From contig OX597839.1 in assembly GCA_951406725.2 (NCBI GenBank), positions 11,222,001-11,286,000 on the forward strand: a stretch of DNA of 64,000 bases, written 5' to 3'. The notes under the pieces are model-generated. The model saw nothing but the letters and a program-made list of their open reading frames with translations, ran no database searches and had not been told where the DNA came from. The position numbers and the translations under genes are program-made. The DNA comes from Octopus vulgaris (Eukaryota). The first letter of the stretch is position 1; each line of letters opens with the position of its first letter. Below, in pieces: positions 51,637 to 64,000 of the stretch.

Positions 51637-52319
51637 AATCTGTTGGTACATGTAGGATTACATTATGCAATGTTTTTTGTTGTTCTTTTTTAACAATAGT
51701 GGAATGTAGTTTGAGTAATATTTGATAACTATTTCTAACAGGCTAAGTGACCACGTACAGACATCTTTTTTAATTTGAGCAGCAAACTTTAGATTATCTA
51801 GCGGAAGCTACAAGTCCTTTATATGTTGGTAACTAGTGATCACTGTTGCAGCAGAAAGATGTCATTGAGGCTTCTAGGGTCCTGGTGGTGATAATGCATA
51901 TCATCATCCTCATTACCTACCTCTGCCACCACCACCAAATCTCCCTCAAATCACAGTTTGATGTCCTCAGGAAGGATACATCGGATGATAGCAGTTCTAG
52001 TGATGCCATATCGAAGAGGAGGACAGGATAGTCATGGCTGGACCAACTTTGATCGGAGCTATCCAGGGGTCTCCATTACCCAAAATAAAAAGAGAGACTA
52101 CGGTGTGATGTTCTGACAGTATGTAATAATAGGTTGAAACTCTGTGTGTGTATGGGGGGAGGGGGAGTTGTCTGTCTGTCTGTCTCTCATCTAGACTCTT
52201 TCCAGAAACGTAAATAAAATGGTATGGCAGTGGCAATAGAGAAAGAAGTTTTAATGGTTTTAATGATACTGTTCTCTAATTGCTTCTTTTACTAAGTCTT
52301 TTATTTTTATTGTTGTCAC

Positions 52320-52381
52320 CCACCACCACCACCACCTTCAACATCATCATCATCATTATCGTCGTCGTCGTCATCATCATC

Positions 52382-52413
<32 letters not shown>

Positions 52414-52680
52414 CATCACCACCATCATCATCACCATCACCACCATCATCATCATCATCATCGGTTCATTACTATTTCCATTACTGTCTCCACCATCACC
52501 ATCATTACCATTATTGTCATCACTATCATCATCATGTTGTCACCACCACCACCAACACCACCATTCCTGTCATCATCATCATCATTATCATCATCATTGC
52601 AGTTTCACCGCCATCATAATTATTGTCTCCACAATCAGTCTCCATCATCACCATCATCATCATCATCATCACCAGTGCCA
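52320..52680. repeat. (CAT/CAC)n tract
   Basis: Direct repeats. Confidence 0.9.
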
Positions 52681-53209
52681 AAGTAGCAATCGGTATTAAC
52701 CGTGATGTCTGCAATGCTAATGGTGATGGTGATTATTTGTAATGTTACCAAACCATTGTCCAGTGAACCAGTTATTATCCTGTCTTCAGTATCGAGAGAC
52801 CACCATCATCATCATCATCATCATCACCACCAACCACGTTACCATATTTTCCCTGTTCTCTCTACTTCTCTCTGTCTCTCCATAGAATCTTCGCCACCTC
52901 CTACCCCTACATATAACCACTACTGTCATCTATCACAGAGAGACAGACAGACAGAAAGACATCATTTGTCTGTTTTCACTACTTACACCCGCACACACAT
53001 CAGAGGAAAGACAACATCCAATGTTTTAGTGTGATTAACAGTCTGTAGTCTATTCCATTCTGTTCTATTGTGGGTTCTGATCTTCTTTTGCTTTGTTTCT
53101 TGTTGTTGTAACCATATTGCAAGTAATTTCATAGCTGAGCTTGTTAGTCTACTAAACTAGTTACTGAATAAACTTAACTGACCTTTTATGGCAGTGCCTA
53201 GCTTTTTTT

Positions 53210-53215
53210 TATTAC

Positions 53216-53252
<37 letters not shown>

Positions 53253-53277
53253 GTTATTGTTATTATTATTATTATTA

Positions 53278-53342
<65 letters not shown>

Positions 53343-53430
53343 TATTATTATTATTCTTTTTTATTATTTTTATTATTATCATTATTATTATTATTATTAT
53401 TATTATTGTTATTATTATTATTATTATTAT
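53210..53430. repeat. (TTA)n tract
   Basis: Direct repeats. Confidence 0.95.
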
Positions 53431-53558
53431 TTTTCTTCTTTTAATTAAATTAGTTACAACAAACAGTAACAAAACAAAAAGAAACCTTAGTGGAAATTCA
53501 GAATTATCATAAAACTATTGCTTCATCTTTTATGGGAAAGTGTGTGTGTATGTATGTA

Positions 53559-53597
<39 letters not shown>

Positions 53598-53936
53598 ATG
53601 CATGTATTTTGCGTACACACCCCCGTGTGTATGTGTACGTCCAACGCATTTACATTTATTGATTTATTGTGGAGTTTAAGGAAAATCTGTTTAGCATTAC
53701 TAGCATCAATTGTTGTTGCTAACTCCTCACATCATTCACATCAATCTGATGTTGTTGTTGTTGTTGTGCTACACACACAAAAAAAAAAAAACTCTCATTG
53801 TTTCGTTCTTACATGTTTAATACTCTTCTGCTTCTGTTCTCTCTCTTTCTCTTTCTGTTGCTAACTCAATCCTTTACTGTTGCTAACACACATTCAATGA
53901 CTTCTTATACAAAACATTAGTGGAGGCTTTTTAATT

Positions 53937-54145
53937 TTCTTCTTCTTCTTCTTCTTCTTCTTCTTCTTCTTCGTCATCGTCTTTTTCTTTGTCTTCTTCT
54001 TCATCATCATCATCATCTTCTTCTTTGTCTTCTTCATCGTCTTTTTCTTTGTCTTCTTTGTCTTTTTCTTCTTCATCATCTTCATCATCATCATCTTCTT
54101 CTTCTTCTTCTTCTTCTTCTTCTTCTTCTTCTTCATCTTCTTCTC
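53937..54145. repeat. (CTT/CAT)n tract
   Basis: Direct repeats. Confidence 0.95.
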
Positions 54146-54157
54146 ATTGTTATTATT

Positions 54158-54303
54158 AAGGTGGCGAGTTGGCAGAATCGTTAGCAAGCCGGCCAAAATG
54201 CTTAGCAGCATTTCATCCTTCTTTACGTTCTGAGTTCAAATTCCACTCAGCTCGACTTTGTCTTTAATCCTTTAGGGGTGGATAAAATAAGTACCAGTTG
54301 AGC
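54158..54303 (+). mobile_element. SINE family B, 3'-truncated
   Basis: AAGGTGGCGAGTTGGCAGAATCG...GAGTTCAAATTCC...AAGTACCAGTTGAGC. Confidence 0.85.
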
Positions 54304-54504
54304 AATACAGCCATCATTCTGATGAATGTGTGTGTTATTGCGAGTTCTTGGTAGTTGCATTACTTTTTCCCTGTTGCCAATCTCCAATAAGGAACAGTAT
54401 TGAATAAAGAGCCCTCATGTATGTGCAAAAGAGAAAGAGAGAGAGAGAGAGACAAAAGAGGACACACACACACACACACATATACATATATATATATATA
54501 TATA

Positions 54505-54806
54505 TGGCACGTACAAGGGCACCATTCGAGCGTGATCGTTACCAACGTTGCTTCACTGGCACGTGTAAAAAGATTTGAGCGAGGTCATTGCCAGTACCGC
54601 CTGACTGGCCCCCGTGCTGGTGGCACGTAAAAAGCACCCACTACACTCTCAGAGTGGTTGGCGTTAGGAAGGGCATCCAGCTGTAGAAACTCTGCCAGAT
54701 CAAGATTGGAGCCTGGTGCAGCCATCTGGTTTGCCAGCCCTCAGTCAAAATCGTCCAACCCATGCTAGCATGGAAAGTGGACGTTAAACGATGATGATGA
54801 TGATGA
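54505..54806 (+). mobile_element. Retroposon family C
   Basis: Three GGCACGT units followed by the conserved 3' part and (GAT)n. Confidence 0.9.
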
Positions 54807-55157
54807 TATATAAGAGATAATTCAGAATAAATTCCATTTTATCAAGAAATTGATCCTTGGAGTCCTTGGAAATATTGTTTCCCAGGATGCAAAAGTTGAA
54901 ACCATAGTCAAACATATTTTTACCCTACTTCCAGTACTGAATACTTTTTAACCATTGTCATCTATTTATACACACACGCACACACACACACACACAATAC
55001 ATTTATGTATGTGTGTTTGTGTGCATTTGAGGTTTTCTTATTATTCACTTTGCTGTTGTTAATGCTTCATTGCAGTTGCGTTATCATAGATGCGTGTTTA
55101 TAACTTTGATTATTTCAACAGGCTTTATTATGGCCATCGTCATCACCATCATCCTTG

Positions 55158-55212
<55 letters not shown>

Positions 55213-55559
55213 CACCATCATCTTCTATACCTGTCGGTGTTGTTATAGATTGAGTGGTTCCAAGTGACAGTTATTGTACAGTGAGCAATACAGATATTTT
55301 GATTGCCATGTCAAAAGTTTTCTCTCTTTCTTTCTGTTTTTCCACGTTTGTGATTTTATTGATTTCCGCTTGCTTTCTTGTCAAATAAACTCTCTGGCCT
55401 GGTTATTGTGCCAGGGTATAGTGTTCAATCCCTTGGTTAAGTTCTTTTTTTTTTTATCTTTTCTTTTGTTTTCCCTCCATCTTAAATTTTTTTTCCACTC
55501 ATTCTTGTCTTTTCTATATCATATTTCTTTCATTGAAAAACTGTGGTGATGTAGACACC

Positions 55560-55606
<47 letters not shown>

Positions 55607-56106
55607 ATATATATATATATATATAGATTGATAGAGAGAGATAAGATTAGATAGATATATATAATATAAAGGTAAGATCCAAGAGTCAAGGTGTAGGAAG
55701 AAAGTCAGTTTCAAGCAATCTATAGAAAGTTGTTTTTCATATATTTTCTATGTATGTGAATGATAATGGACTAATGGACTTGCCTGTTGAATTTGGCATG
55801 AATGTCTAGTTGTTTGATCAAGTGGACAGCCTATTCATCAAATCGGTGTGTGAAGTGGCCAGGTATTCCATAAACATGCGCACCCTTAATATTCTTAGAA
55901 GCAGAGCGATGTTAAGTGACTACTGATTACAAGTACAGTCCATAGTTCTCATCTGCTAAATTTCATTCCATCCATGGCTATAGTATACATGTTTGCTCAA
56001 AATGTCACACTGAGAAATTGAACTTCAAATCTCATGGTCGTGAAGTGAACTAACCTCTTAACCATTCAGATGGTAACTTAGGAAAAGTGCCTTCTATAGA
56101 CCCAGG

Positions 56107-56392
56107 GTGGACTGAGCCGTGATGTCCTTCTCCCAACTCCACTTCCCAACTGGTAGAAATGCGCGGGCGGGTAGCTGAAGACCTGGGTTACGATGTTCAA
56201 GGAGGACCTCCCCGTGCTCACGGGACCGCAGGTGGTCGGCCTGCGCCGATGGAACCGTTACTGGCTAGCTATCTCCAGTGAACTGGTGCAGGACCGTCAT
56301 GCGTGGGCTGCCATGGTTCAAGATGCCTTGAGGGTGGTAGAAGAAGCCGACTCAACCCGCCCAGGGTGAATGTCGCCACAAGTACAAGTAAG
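56107..56392 (+). mobile_element. 5'-truncated RTE-clade LINE (ORF C-terminus, pseudogenised)
   Basis: Frame LLPTPLPNW*KCAGG*LKTWVTMFKEDL...ELVQDRHAWAAMVQDA...RPG* resembles RTE C-termini; (CAAGTA)n end; TSD TATAGACCCAGG/TATAGCCCCAGG at 56095-56106 and 56393-56404. Confidence 0.8.
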
Positions 56393-56709
56393 TATAGCCC
56401 CAGGTCAACCAACTGAAAGAAGACCATTGTATATGTATGTGTGTGTATCTTTGTTGTCTTTATGTTTGCGAGTGCTTAAACAAAAGGTTTAGTGGCTAAT
56501 GATTTCAGATGGACAGGTATCGAAAAGGTTATATCTACAATCCAAGAACTGGAACAGTCTTTTTGATGTGCTTTGGTTAACCTGATTTGGTAGAAGACAC
56601 CAGCCTAAGGTTTCACACTCTGGCATTGAACTCAAAACCATACTGTCCCAAAGTGAAGTTCTTGATCACAAAACTGTGCCTCCACCCATGAAGCTAAAAG
56701 CTTTCACTT

Positions 56710-56937
56710 CATCCTTTTAGCATTTAAACAAACCATATCTGCCTCAAATATTCTACCTGCCTTATTATTTAAACCAACCAGGTCCAGCTTCTCACACTGG
56801 CCTTGCAATGTAATTCTAAAAATATACTGTCACATCATTGAAATCTTGACATTATGAGATGCATGGTTAATTAATTCAAAACATTGTTAATAAATAAGCA
56901 TTACATTTGACAGAGTAATCTGAATGCTAAAGGGTTA
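56710..56937. mobile_element. MITE family F
   Basis: CCTTTTAGCATTTAAAC...AATGCTAAAGGGTTA. Confidence 0.75.
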
Positions 56938-56968
56938 CACTTTATATGTGACTGGCAGAAACATCAAG

Positions 56969-57194
56969 TTAACCCCTTAGTATTTAAACCAGCCTTATCC
57001 GGCCAAAATATTCAATCTGTTTTATGTTCAAACTGACCAGATCCAAGCTTTTGCACCTACCCTACAATGTTATTCTACATTAAGTAATTACACCATCAAG
57101 ATCTTGAAGATATGAGATAATGCATGATTAATTCAAATCAATGGGAATCAATAGGTATTATGTTTGATAGAATAATCTGAACACTAAAGGGTCA
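56969..57194. mobile_element. MITE family F (adjacent second copy)
   Basis: TTAACCCCTTAGTATTTAAACC...AACACTAAAGGG. Confidence 0.8.
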
Positions 57195-57782
57195 AAAAGA
57201 CATTCCAGAGGTCACTCATCGGGTGAGAAAATATAGATAACTGAAGGACATGGGCCTAGAAAATGTTGATGGTTTTCATCCCACGATGGCAGTAGTAACG
57301 CTGATATGACCATTATCTCCAGGTTTGTTATTCAGCTATGGAGATAATTACATTATTTCTCAAACTAGTAAACACGAAAGAATTTCCAAATGATTCAAAC
57401 CTACTTTGTTAGAGAAAAATTTGTGACTATTTACAACATTTTTATTGTACTCTACTTGCCAATGCTTCACATAGAGACAATTTCATTAGTAGTCACTATT
57501 AATTACAATTTTCAAAGGCTAATATAAAACCAACCCTTGTTAATTATACTAATTCAATTATTTCATTTATTTATTTTCGTTGATACATTATATGTCAGTT
57601 TAATTAGGAAATGAACCCTGAGTCCCTCTGAATTTCAGTTATTTTTGTCATGTGGTCAGGCCCATCATCATCATCTTTTAATGTCCATCTACCATGCCAG
57701 CATAGGTTGGACGATTTTGACTGAGGGCTGGCGAACCCTAACCCTAAGACTCAATAGGCCTGAGGCTTGCTTTGTTCTCCAA

Positions 57783-58101
57783 TGCATGGCATCTTGAGTC
57801 TTCTACTATAAGGCTCTGGCCAACCAATGACTTCTGAGAGAATCTAGTAGGTGGAAATTGTAAGAAGCCCAGCATGTGTGCATGTGTGTCTGTGCCTTTG
57901 TGCTTGTCTCACCATCACTTGACAACCAGTGTTGGTTTGTTTATATCCTTGTAACTTAGTAGCTTGGCAAAAGCAACTGATAGAATAAGTACCAGACTTA
58001 GACATAAAATGAGTTCTGGGGTCAATTTGATGGACTAAACCCTTCAAGGCGGTGCCCCAGTATGGCCACAGTCAAATGACTTAAACAAGGAAAAGATAAA
58101 A
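57783..58101 (+). mobile_element. SINE family A, diverged and 5'-truncated
   Basis: Body and tail GGCGGTGCCCCAGTATGGCCACAGTCAAATGAC. Confidence 0.75.
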
Positions 58102-58139
58102 AGGTGTGTGTGTGATGTGTAACCATCCCAAAATAGACA

Positions 58140-58330
58140 ATGCTGGTGCTATGTAAAAACACCCAGTCCACTCTGTTGGTACTAGGAAGGCCATCCAGCA
58201 ATAAAAACCATACCAAAAGAGACAGTAAGGCCTGGTGCAGTCCTCTGGATTGCCAGTGCCTGTCAAACTGTCTAACCCATGCCAGCATGGAAAAATGGAC
58301 GTTAAATGATGACGATGATGATGATGATGA
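58140..58330 (+). mobile_element. Retroposon family C, diverged
   Basis: AACCCATGCCAGCATGGAAAAATGGACGTTAAA(TGA)n. Confidence 0.75.
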
Positions 58331-58429
58331 TACATATATTGGCTGCTGTATTGTTTCCAGCTATAGGCTTTGCAGTCAAAGGCATATCAAAGTAGGATTG
58401 AACTTGAAACTATGTGATTCGTAAGCAAA

Positions 58430-58870
<441 letters not shown>

Positions 58871-59273
58871 ATCCACAGGTTTCACACATAGCCATGTATG
58901 TTTGTGTGTATTCAGGCTCTACCAAGGATTGCCTTTGAAACACTTGTTTTTTTCTTTATAGTTTGACTTTGATCTTTACAAATTTGGTTTTAGTCATCTT
59001 AGCTTTATTTTATCTACTTTATGTATTTCTAAAAAAAAAAAAAAAAGAAAAAGGAAGAAAAGCCTACAACTTTTCCTTTATTTCAAGGGAAAAAGGAGAA
59101 AGAAAAAGAAAAAGAAAAAAGCGAATCAGTGAAGAGAGAAGAAAAAGTGGAAAAGAATCAGAGACTTTGAAGCTTTCTGTATGGAATGATCTAGAAGCTT
59201 CTTTGAATAACAGCTTCTATATTCTCTGATGATAGATTCCTAATGCCTTTAACCCAACTCTCTCACTTACTAC

Positions 59274-59312
<39 letters not shown>

Positions 59313-59313
59313 G

Positions 59314-59350
<37 letters not shown>

Positions 59351-59494
59351 CATATATACACACTCGCCACTGCTACTTCCTCAATTATATTTTCTGGTAT
59401 TGCCTTTATTATAGTGTGGCTGTATATGTGGTTTGAGTGAGTGTGTGTGTGTATAGACAGACAGATAGATAGATATGCATACATCGTATCTCAC

Positions 59495-59534
<40 letters not shown>

Positions 59535-60228
59535 TCATACACACACACATATATATTTATATTTAATTATCTGCTTAACATATATTGATATGGACATACA
59601 AAATAAAGAAGAAAAATATTCTCAACTTGTTTATTCTTTGATTCAGAGTTGAGGATTCACAGTGTTGCTAATCTGAGTTTTACCGTGTGCAAACACACAC
59701 ACACAATCACATGTACATACATACACACTCACACACACACACACGAATGCTTATTTGTTAATGTGTCTATTTTACTTAAAAGTTACAAAACAAAACAGTC
59801 AGAACTGCATACAAATTGTTATTCTGCTTTTCAATGCTGAATGTTTCTGTAGCATTATTTCAGACCCGAACGCCCACTAGATGCCTCCATCAGTTCTCTA
59901 GTATTTATAACCCTGCTGTAACAGGTACACTTTACCACTTGTTCTGCCTTTCCATTATCTCCCCTTTCCTTGGATGGTCACTCAATTCCGATGCTATGGA
60001 TCGCAACTGTTTGGGATTTACAATTGTTTCCTCAACATTTGATCTCATGAATCACCAGTTGTATAATATAAAAAATATCCATGAGATTGAAATCAGATGC
60101 AAGAATGGTAAACTGATATAATAAAAGGACTTGCTCAATCCTTTCTCCTTGCTTTACAGCCTTAAAAACTCTGCAGATACTTATGAATTTTCAGGCATGT
60201 GTTTGATAAAACTGTCTCCATATTACAG

Positions 60229-60450
60229 CTGGCAGAAACGTTAGTACGCCGGGCGAAATGCTTAGCGGTATTTCGTCTGCTTTTATGTTCTGGGTTCAAA
60301 TTCCGCCGAGGTCGACTTTGCCTTTCATCCTTTCGGGGTCGATAAATTAAGTACCTGTTACACACAGGGGTTGATGTAATCAACTTAATCCATTTGTCTG
60401 TCCTTGTTTGTCCGTTCTGTGTTTAGCCCCTTGTGGATAGTAAAGAAATA
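60229..60450 (+). mobile_element. SINE family B with 10-bp TSD
   Basis: TSD CATATTACAG at 60219-60228 and 60451-60460. Confidence 0.92.
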
Positions 60451-61097
60451 CATATTACAGTCTGTCTGATACCCTGTACCTGGGGATGAGCTTAATAGGG
60501 TTTCTTTGGACAGTTGCTCAATTCTGCTCTTAGCAATGTTTCAATCTGCTTCATGTTTGCAATTCATTAAGACCATATTCCTTTTAGAATCAGTTCCATA
60601 AATAATAGAGGAACACTATTCACTGAAAAGCTTTTGTATATTAGTCTTCCTTTCATATTAAAAAGATGATTTCTTTTGTGTAATTTTCACTGTCATGCGT
60701 TTCAAATATTTCTTTATTAATTTCTTTACGTGTCAATAACGGGAACTGCTTTTCTATTCAGTTCAAAAAAATTAGCAAAACCCATATTTCAATATTTCAT
60801 TTGTCGCTACAAATTTCCATCAATAACTTTCAAATATTTGTTTTATTTCTTTAAGTGTCAGTCACGTAAGTATTAACAGAAACATTTGTTGGCTGTTCAT
60901 GTGTTGGAAGCCAGAACAATCTTTATGTCAATGCTCAAGGTTGAAAAAAAAAAAAACCAAAAAAAAAAGAAAATAACCTTATGAGCATTGTTTACTGTGA
61001 AATCTTTTCTCTGAGAATTGTTTGCCTGTTTTACCAGAGGTTACAAGACAAGGAATATAAATATTATTTCAAACTTGAGATTTATGCAGAATTTATG

Positions 61098-61380
61098 TAG
61101 GCGCAGGAGTGGCTGTGTGGTAAGTAGCTTGCTTACCAACCACATGGTTCCAGGTTCAGTCCCATTGCATAGCACCTGGGGCAAGTGTCTTCTACTATAG
61201 CCTCAGGCCGACCAATGCCTTGTGAGTGGATCTGGTAGACGGAAACTGAAAGAAGCCCATTGTGTGTATGTGTGTGTACCAGTTATGCACTGTGGTCGAT
61301 GTAATCGACTTAATCTGTTTGTTTGTCCTTGTTTGTCTCCTCTATGTTTAGCCCCTTGTGGGTAATAAAGAAATAGGTAT
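61098..61380 (+). mobile_element. Chimera: SINE A 5' half joined to SINE B 3' half
   Basis: A head to GAAGCCC(TG)n, then GTACCAGTTATGCACTG...GGGTAATAAAGAAATAGG. Confidence 0.8.
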
Positions 61381-62099
61381 TTAGGAGCCAGTGTCTTCTA
61401 CTCCATACTCAGTTGGCTTTAGCCTGACTATGCAGAAACTGTAAGGAAGCCTGTCAGATGGGTTGTACTTGCAGTTCAAATATCTGGCCTTGTCACCCAC
61501 AGTCTGTCATGCCAATTCTGTCTGAGAATTATGTTTGAGTGTGTGTGTGTGTGTGTGTGTGTGGAGAGAGTTCAACTACTTGCATGTTAATTTCCATGAG
61601 CAGGTAATTCAGTTGATTGAACAGCTGAATACTCATCGTGGAAACTGTCGGAAATCCATTTACTTCCATAGTACAAGAGGAGGAGGAAGAGGAGATGAAG
61701 CAGTGATGCTGAATGGAGGGAAAGAAGAGGAGGTGATATTGAGTGAGAAAAGATAGCTTTACTATGTTAGTTTGGGTGGTAGTAGTAGTAGTGGTGGTGG
61801 TGGCGGCAGCAGCAGCAGTAGTAGTAGTAGTAGGGAATTGACTTGCTTAAAAACACTGCATCTCATCTATTTTAATGTCTTAAAATAGAAAGACATGTTA
61901 TGTAATATAGACAGTGGTATGACCACAACTGGAACAGCCATTTTTCTTCTTGATAAACTATATAAGTACTAACCTAGGGTTAAACAACAGTAGTTATATT
62001 CACACAGAAGTACGCATAACTTTAAAATATAAGTGAATTATATAGAAAGCCATCTACTACAGTATTTTTGTAAGTGGACAATTTGTTGTAAAAAAATTT

Positions 62100-62320
62100 A
62101 TCTGCCCACAGGATGATATTTCAGCATAAAATACATAAAATACTCTCCCTGTTTTATGTTCAAACTGGCCAGATCCAGCATCTCACACTTACCCTGCAAT
62201 GTCATTCTAAAAACAAACAGTCACATCTTCGAAATCTCTAAGCTACAAGATAATAAAATTTTTAAAAATGTAAATAATAAACATTATATTTGACAGCGTA
62301 ATCCGAACGCTAAAGGGTTT
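62100..62320. mobile_element. MITE family F, left end degenerate
   Basis: CCTGTTTTATGTTCAAACTGGCCAGATC...AACGCTAAAGGGTTTAA. Confidence 0.7.
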
Positions 62321-63073
62321 AAGGTGGCACAGGCTATTGTAGTAACTAGCAGTTTAGAGGAGAGTCTTTTTTGACAGATTGCTGGATTAAACTGTTTTGA
62401 TGTGAGGATATATATGCTAATTGGTAATGGTGGTGGGGTTAGAAATAAAGAGAAGACTGACTCAAAGGGTGAGGAATTTGATTTTAAGTGCCAGCTTTTA
62501 CACCTTGTTCTCAACAGATTATTAAACCCAAACCAGTCTTAACGCATATCAATTAAAATAACAGGTGAAAGCTTTGATGATGATGATGATGATTGGCAGA
62601 AATCATTAAGATATTAATGCTGTTGGCTTAACATTTGTGCAGTTTTCTTTTACATATTTATTCGTTTATTTGTTTACTTTAAATTAGCTTCTCGATTTCC
62701 AGGTGTCCTATTATCCTTCCACCCAGGGTACATTCTTCTCTGAATGTTTACAGTAACTGGGTAGCCGGTACAGGAACTGATTGTGTCAGGAGATTTTGAT
62801 GTAATAAATATATACATCTTACGATTTCTTTTTTTTTTTTTTTTCCTTTTTCCTACTTGTTAATCACATGACCAACTGTATTTATACTGATGTCTGCACT
62901 GCTTTTCCATGTTGAAAAGTCGTTGTTGTTTAACACTGGGCCATTCCTAACCAAGCAGACCAATGATCAAAAGTATTCCAACCATGACCATCTATTATTT
63001 TCTGGAATACTTAAATCTTGGACCACATTATCTAATCTGTCCTATATACATACATACCCCTATATATATATAT

Positions 63074-63568
63074 ATCCTTTAATCCTTAAAAATGTTTCAG
63101 GCTGAAAGCTGTGGCCATGCTGGGGCACCACCGTTGAATGAGCTACACTAGTATGTGAAACCACCTCTGATACGTGGCACTTGATCAACAAGGGACTTCG
63201 ACACTGCTGCCCGCATCTGTGTTTCCTGCCGAGAGGTAGGTTCATCTGGAACCCCTGACAAGAAGAGATCCAGTTTAGTTTTAAAGAAACCCACATCCAC
63301 ACCATGCAGGTCTCTCAGGCATTTAGTAAGGATATTGAAGAGCTGTGGTCCCCTGAAACCTAAGCTGTTGCAGTATCTGGTCCTGTATTTTGATGGTGAT
63401 GTCGGGATCTTTGGCACCATGCAGTGGCAACTCATTCTGCTGTTGGGGTAACTTTCAATGGCAAAATTCGGGACAAGACCCTCCAGGATTTTCCAGATGT
63501 ATATCACTGCATATCTCTCCCGCCTTTGCTCCAGGGAGAAGAGTTTTAATACTTTCAGTCTTTCCCAG

Positions 63569-63570
<2 letters not shown>
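63074..63570 (-). mobile_element. 5'-truncated CR1-group LINE: ORF2 C-terminus (140 open codons, 63570-63148) plus 3' UTR
   Basis: YWERLKVLKLFSLEQRRER...IYIWKIL...GPQLFNIL...FKTKLDLFL fits the CR1-type post-RT domain; the ORF-track N-terminus is a (TA)n artefact. Confidence 0.85.
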
Positions 63571-63599
<29 letters not shown>

Positions 63600-63603
63600 G
63601 CGC

Positions 63604-63790
63604 ATCATCATTTAGTATCAATTTTCTGTCCTGGCATGGGTTGGATAGGTACTGGATAAGCCAAGCACCACACCAGATTCTATAGTCTGTTTTGGCTTAG
63701 TTCCTATGCAGTGGGTTGCCCTGTCTAACATCAATCAGTTTACAGAGTGTATTGAGTCCTTTTAATGTGCCACCAGCACTAACAACAATG
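63604..63790 (-). mobile_element. Retroposon family C, diverged
   Basis: CATCATCATTTA...GGCATGGGTTGGA...TTTTAATGTGCCACCAGCAC. Confidence 0.6.
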
Positions 63791-64000
63791 CTTTTTTACA
63801 TGGCAATGCATTTCATTTCATCTAGTTCCAGCTCATGGGCTGTGGCCATGCTGGGGCACCAGCATATATATATATATATAACACTGTACTTATTCCACGT
63901 CCTTATGTTGTTGTTTTTTCTTGCTTGTTCATGTTTGGATTGACTATATACCACATGCTCACATGGACCCTGGCCTTCTGGCTGACTTTGGAGTACCAGT

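Noticed and set aside
59816-60600. Short ORFs on both strands in unique sequence
   Set aside because: No recognisable domain and no consistent splice structure

Overview
AT-rich eukaryotic DNA, dense in microsatellites and transposons. No host protein-coding gene is recognisable, so this is probably a large intron or intergenic region. The repeat families look like those of an octopod cephalopod (Octopus sp.); this is an inference from pattern recognition, not a database result. Almost all supplied ORFs are translations of microsatellites or SINEs. Repeat families are labelled here with my own letters. A, B, D, G and H are tRNA-headed SINEs. C is a (GAT)n-tailed retroposon and I is an old (AAC)n-tailed retroposon. 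E and F are TTAA-flanked piggyBac-like MITEs. The window also holds a non-autonomous Helitron, a mariner end, 3' fragments of a CR1-like and an RTE LINE, and a near-intact tRNA-Lys(CTT). The most interesting signal is a modular retroposon network. (1) The CR1-like LINE 3' tail is shared by SINE family A and by a tRNA-Lys+tail chimera. (2) A 379-bp ORF-less element joins an RTE-type structured 5' end to the last 69 nt of the RTE LINE found 8 kb away. (3) SINE heads recur with swapped tails. Boundaries of degenerate repeats are approximate (about +/-10-20 bp).
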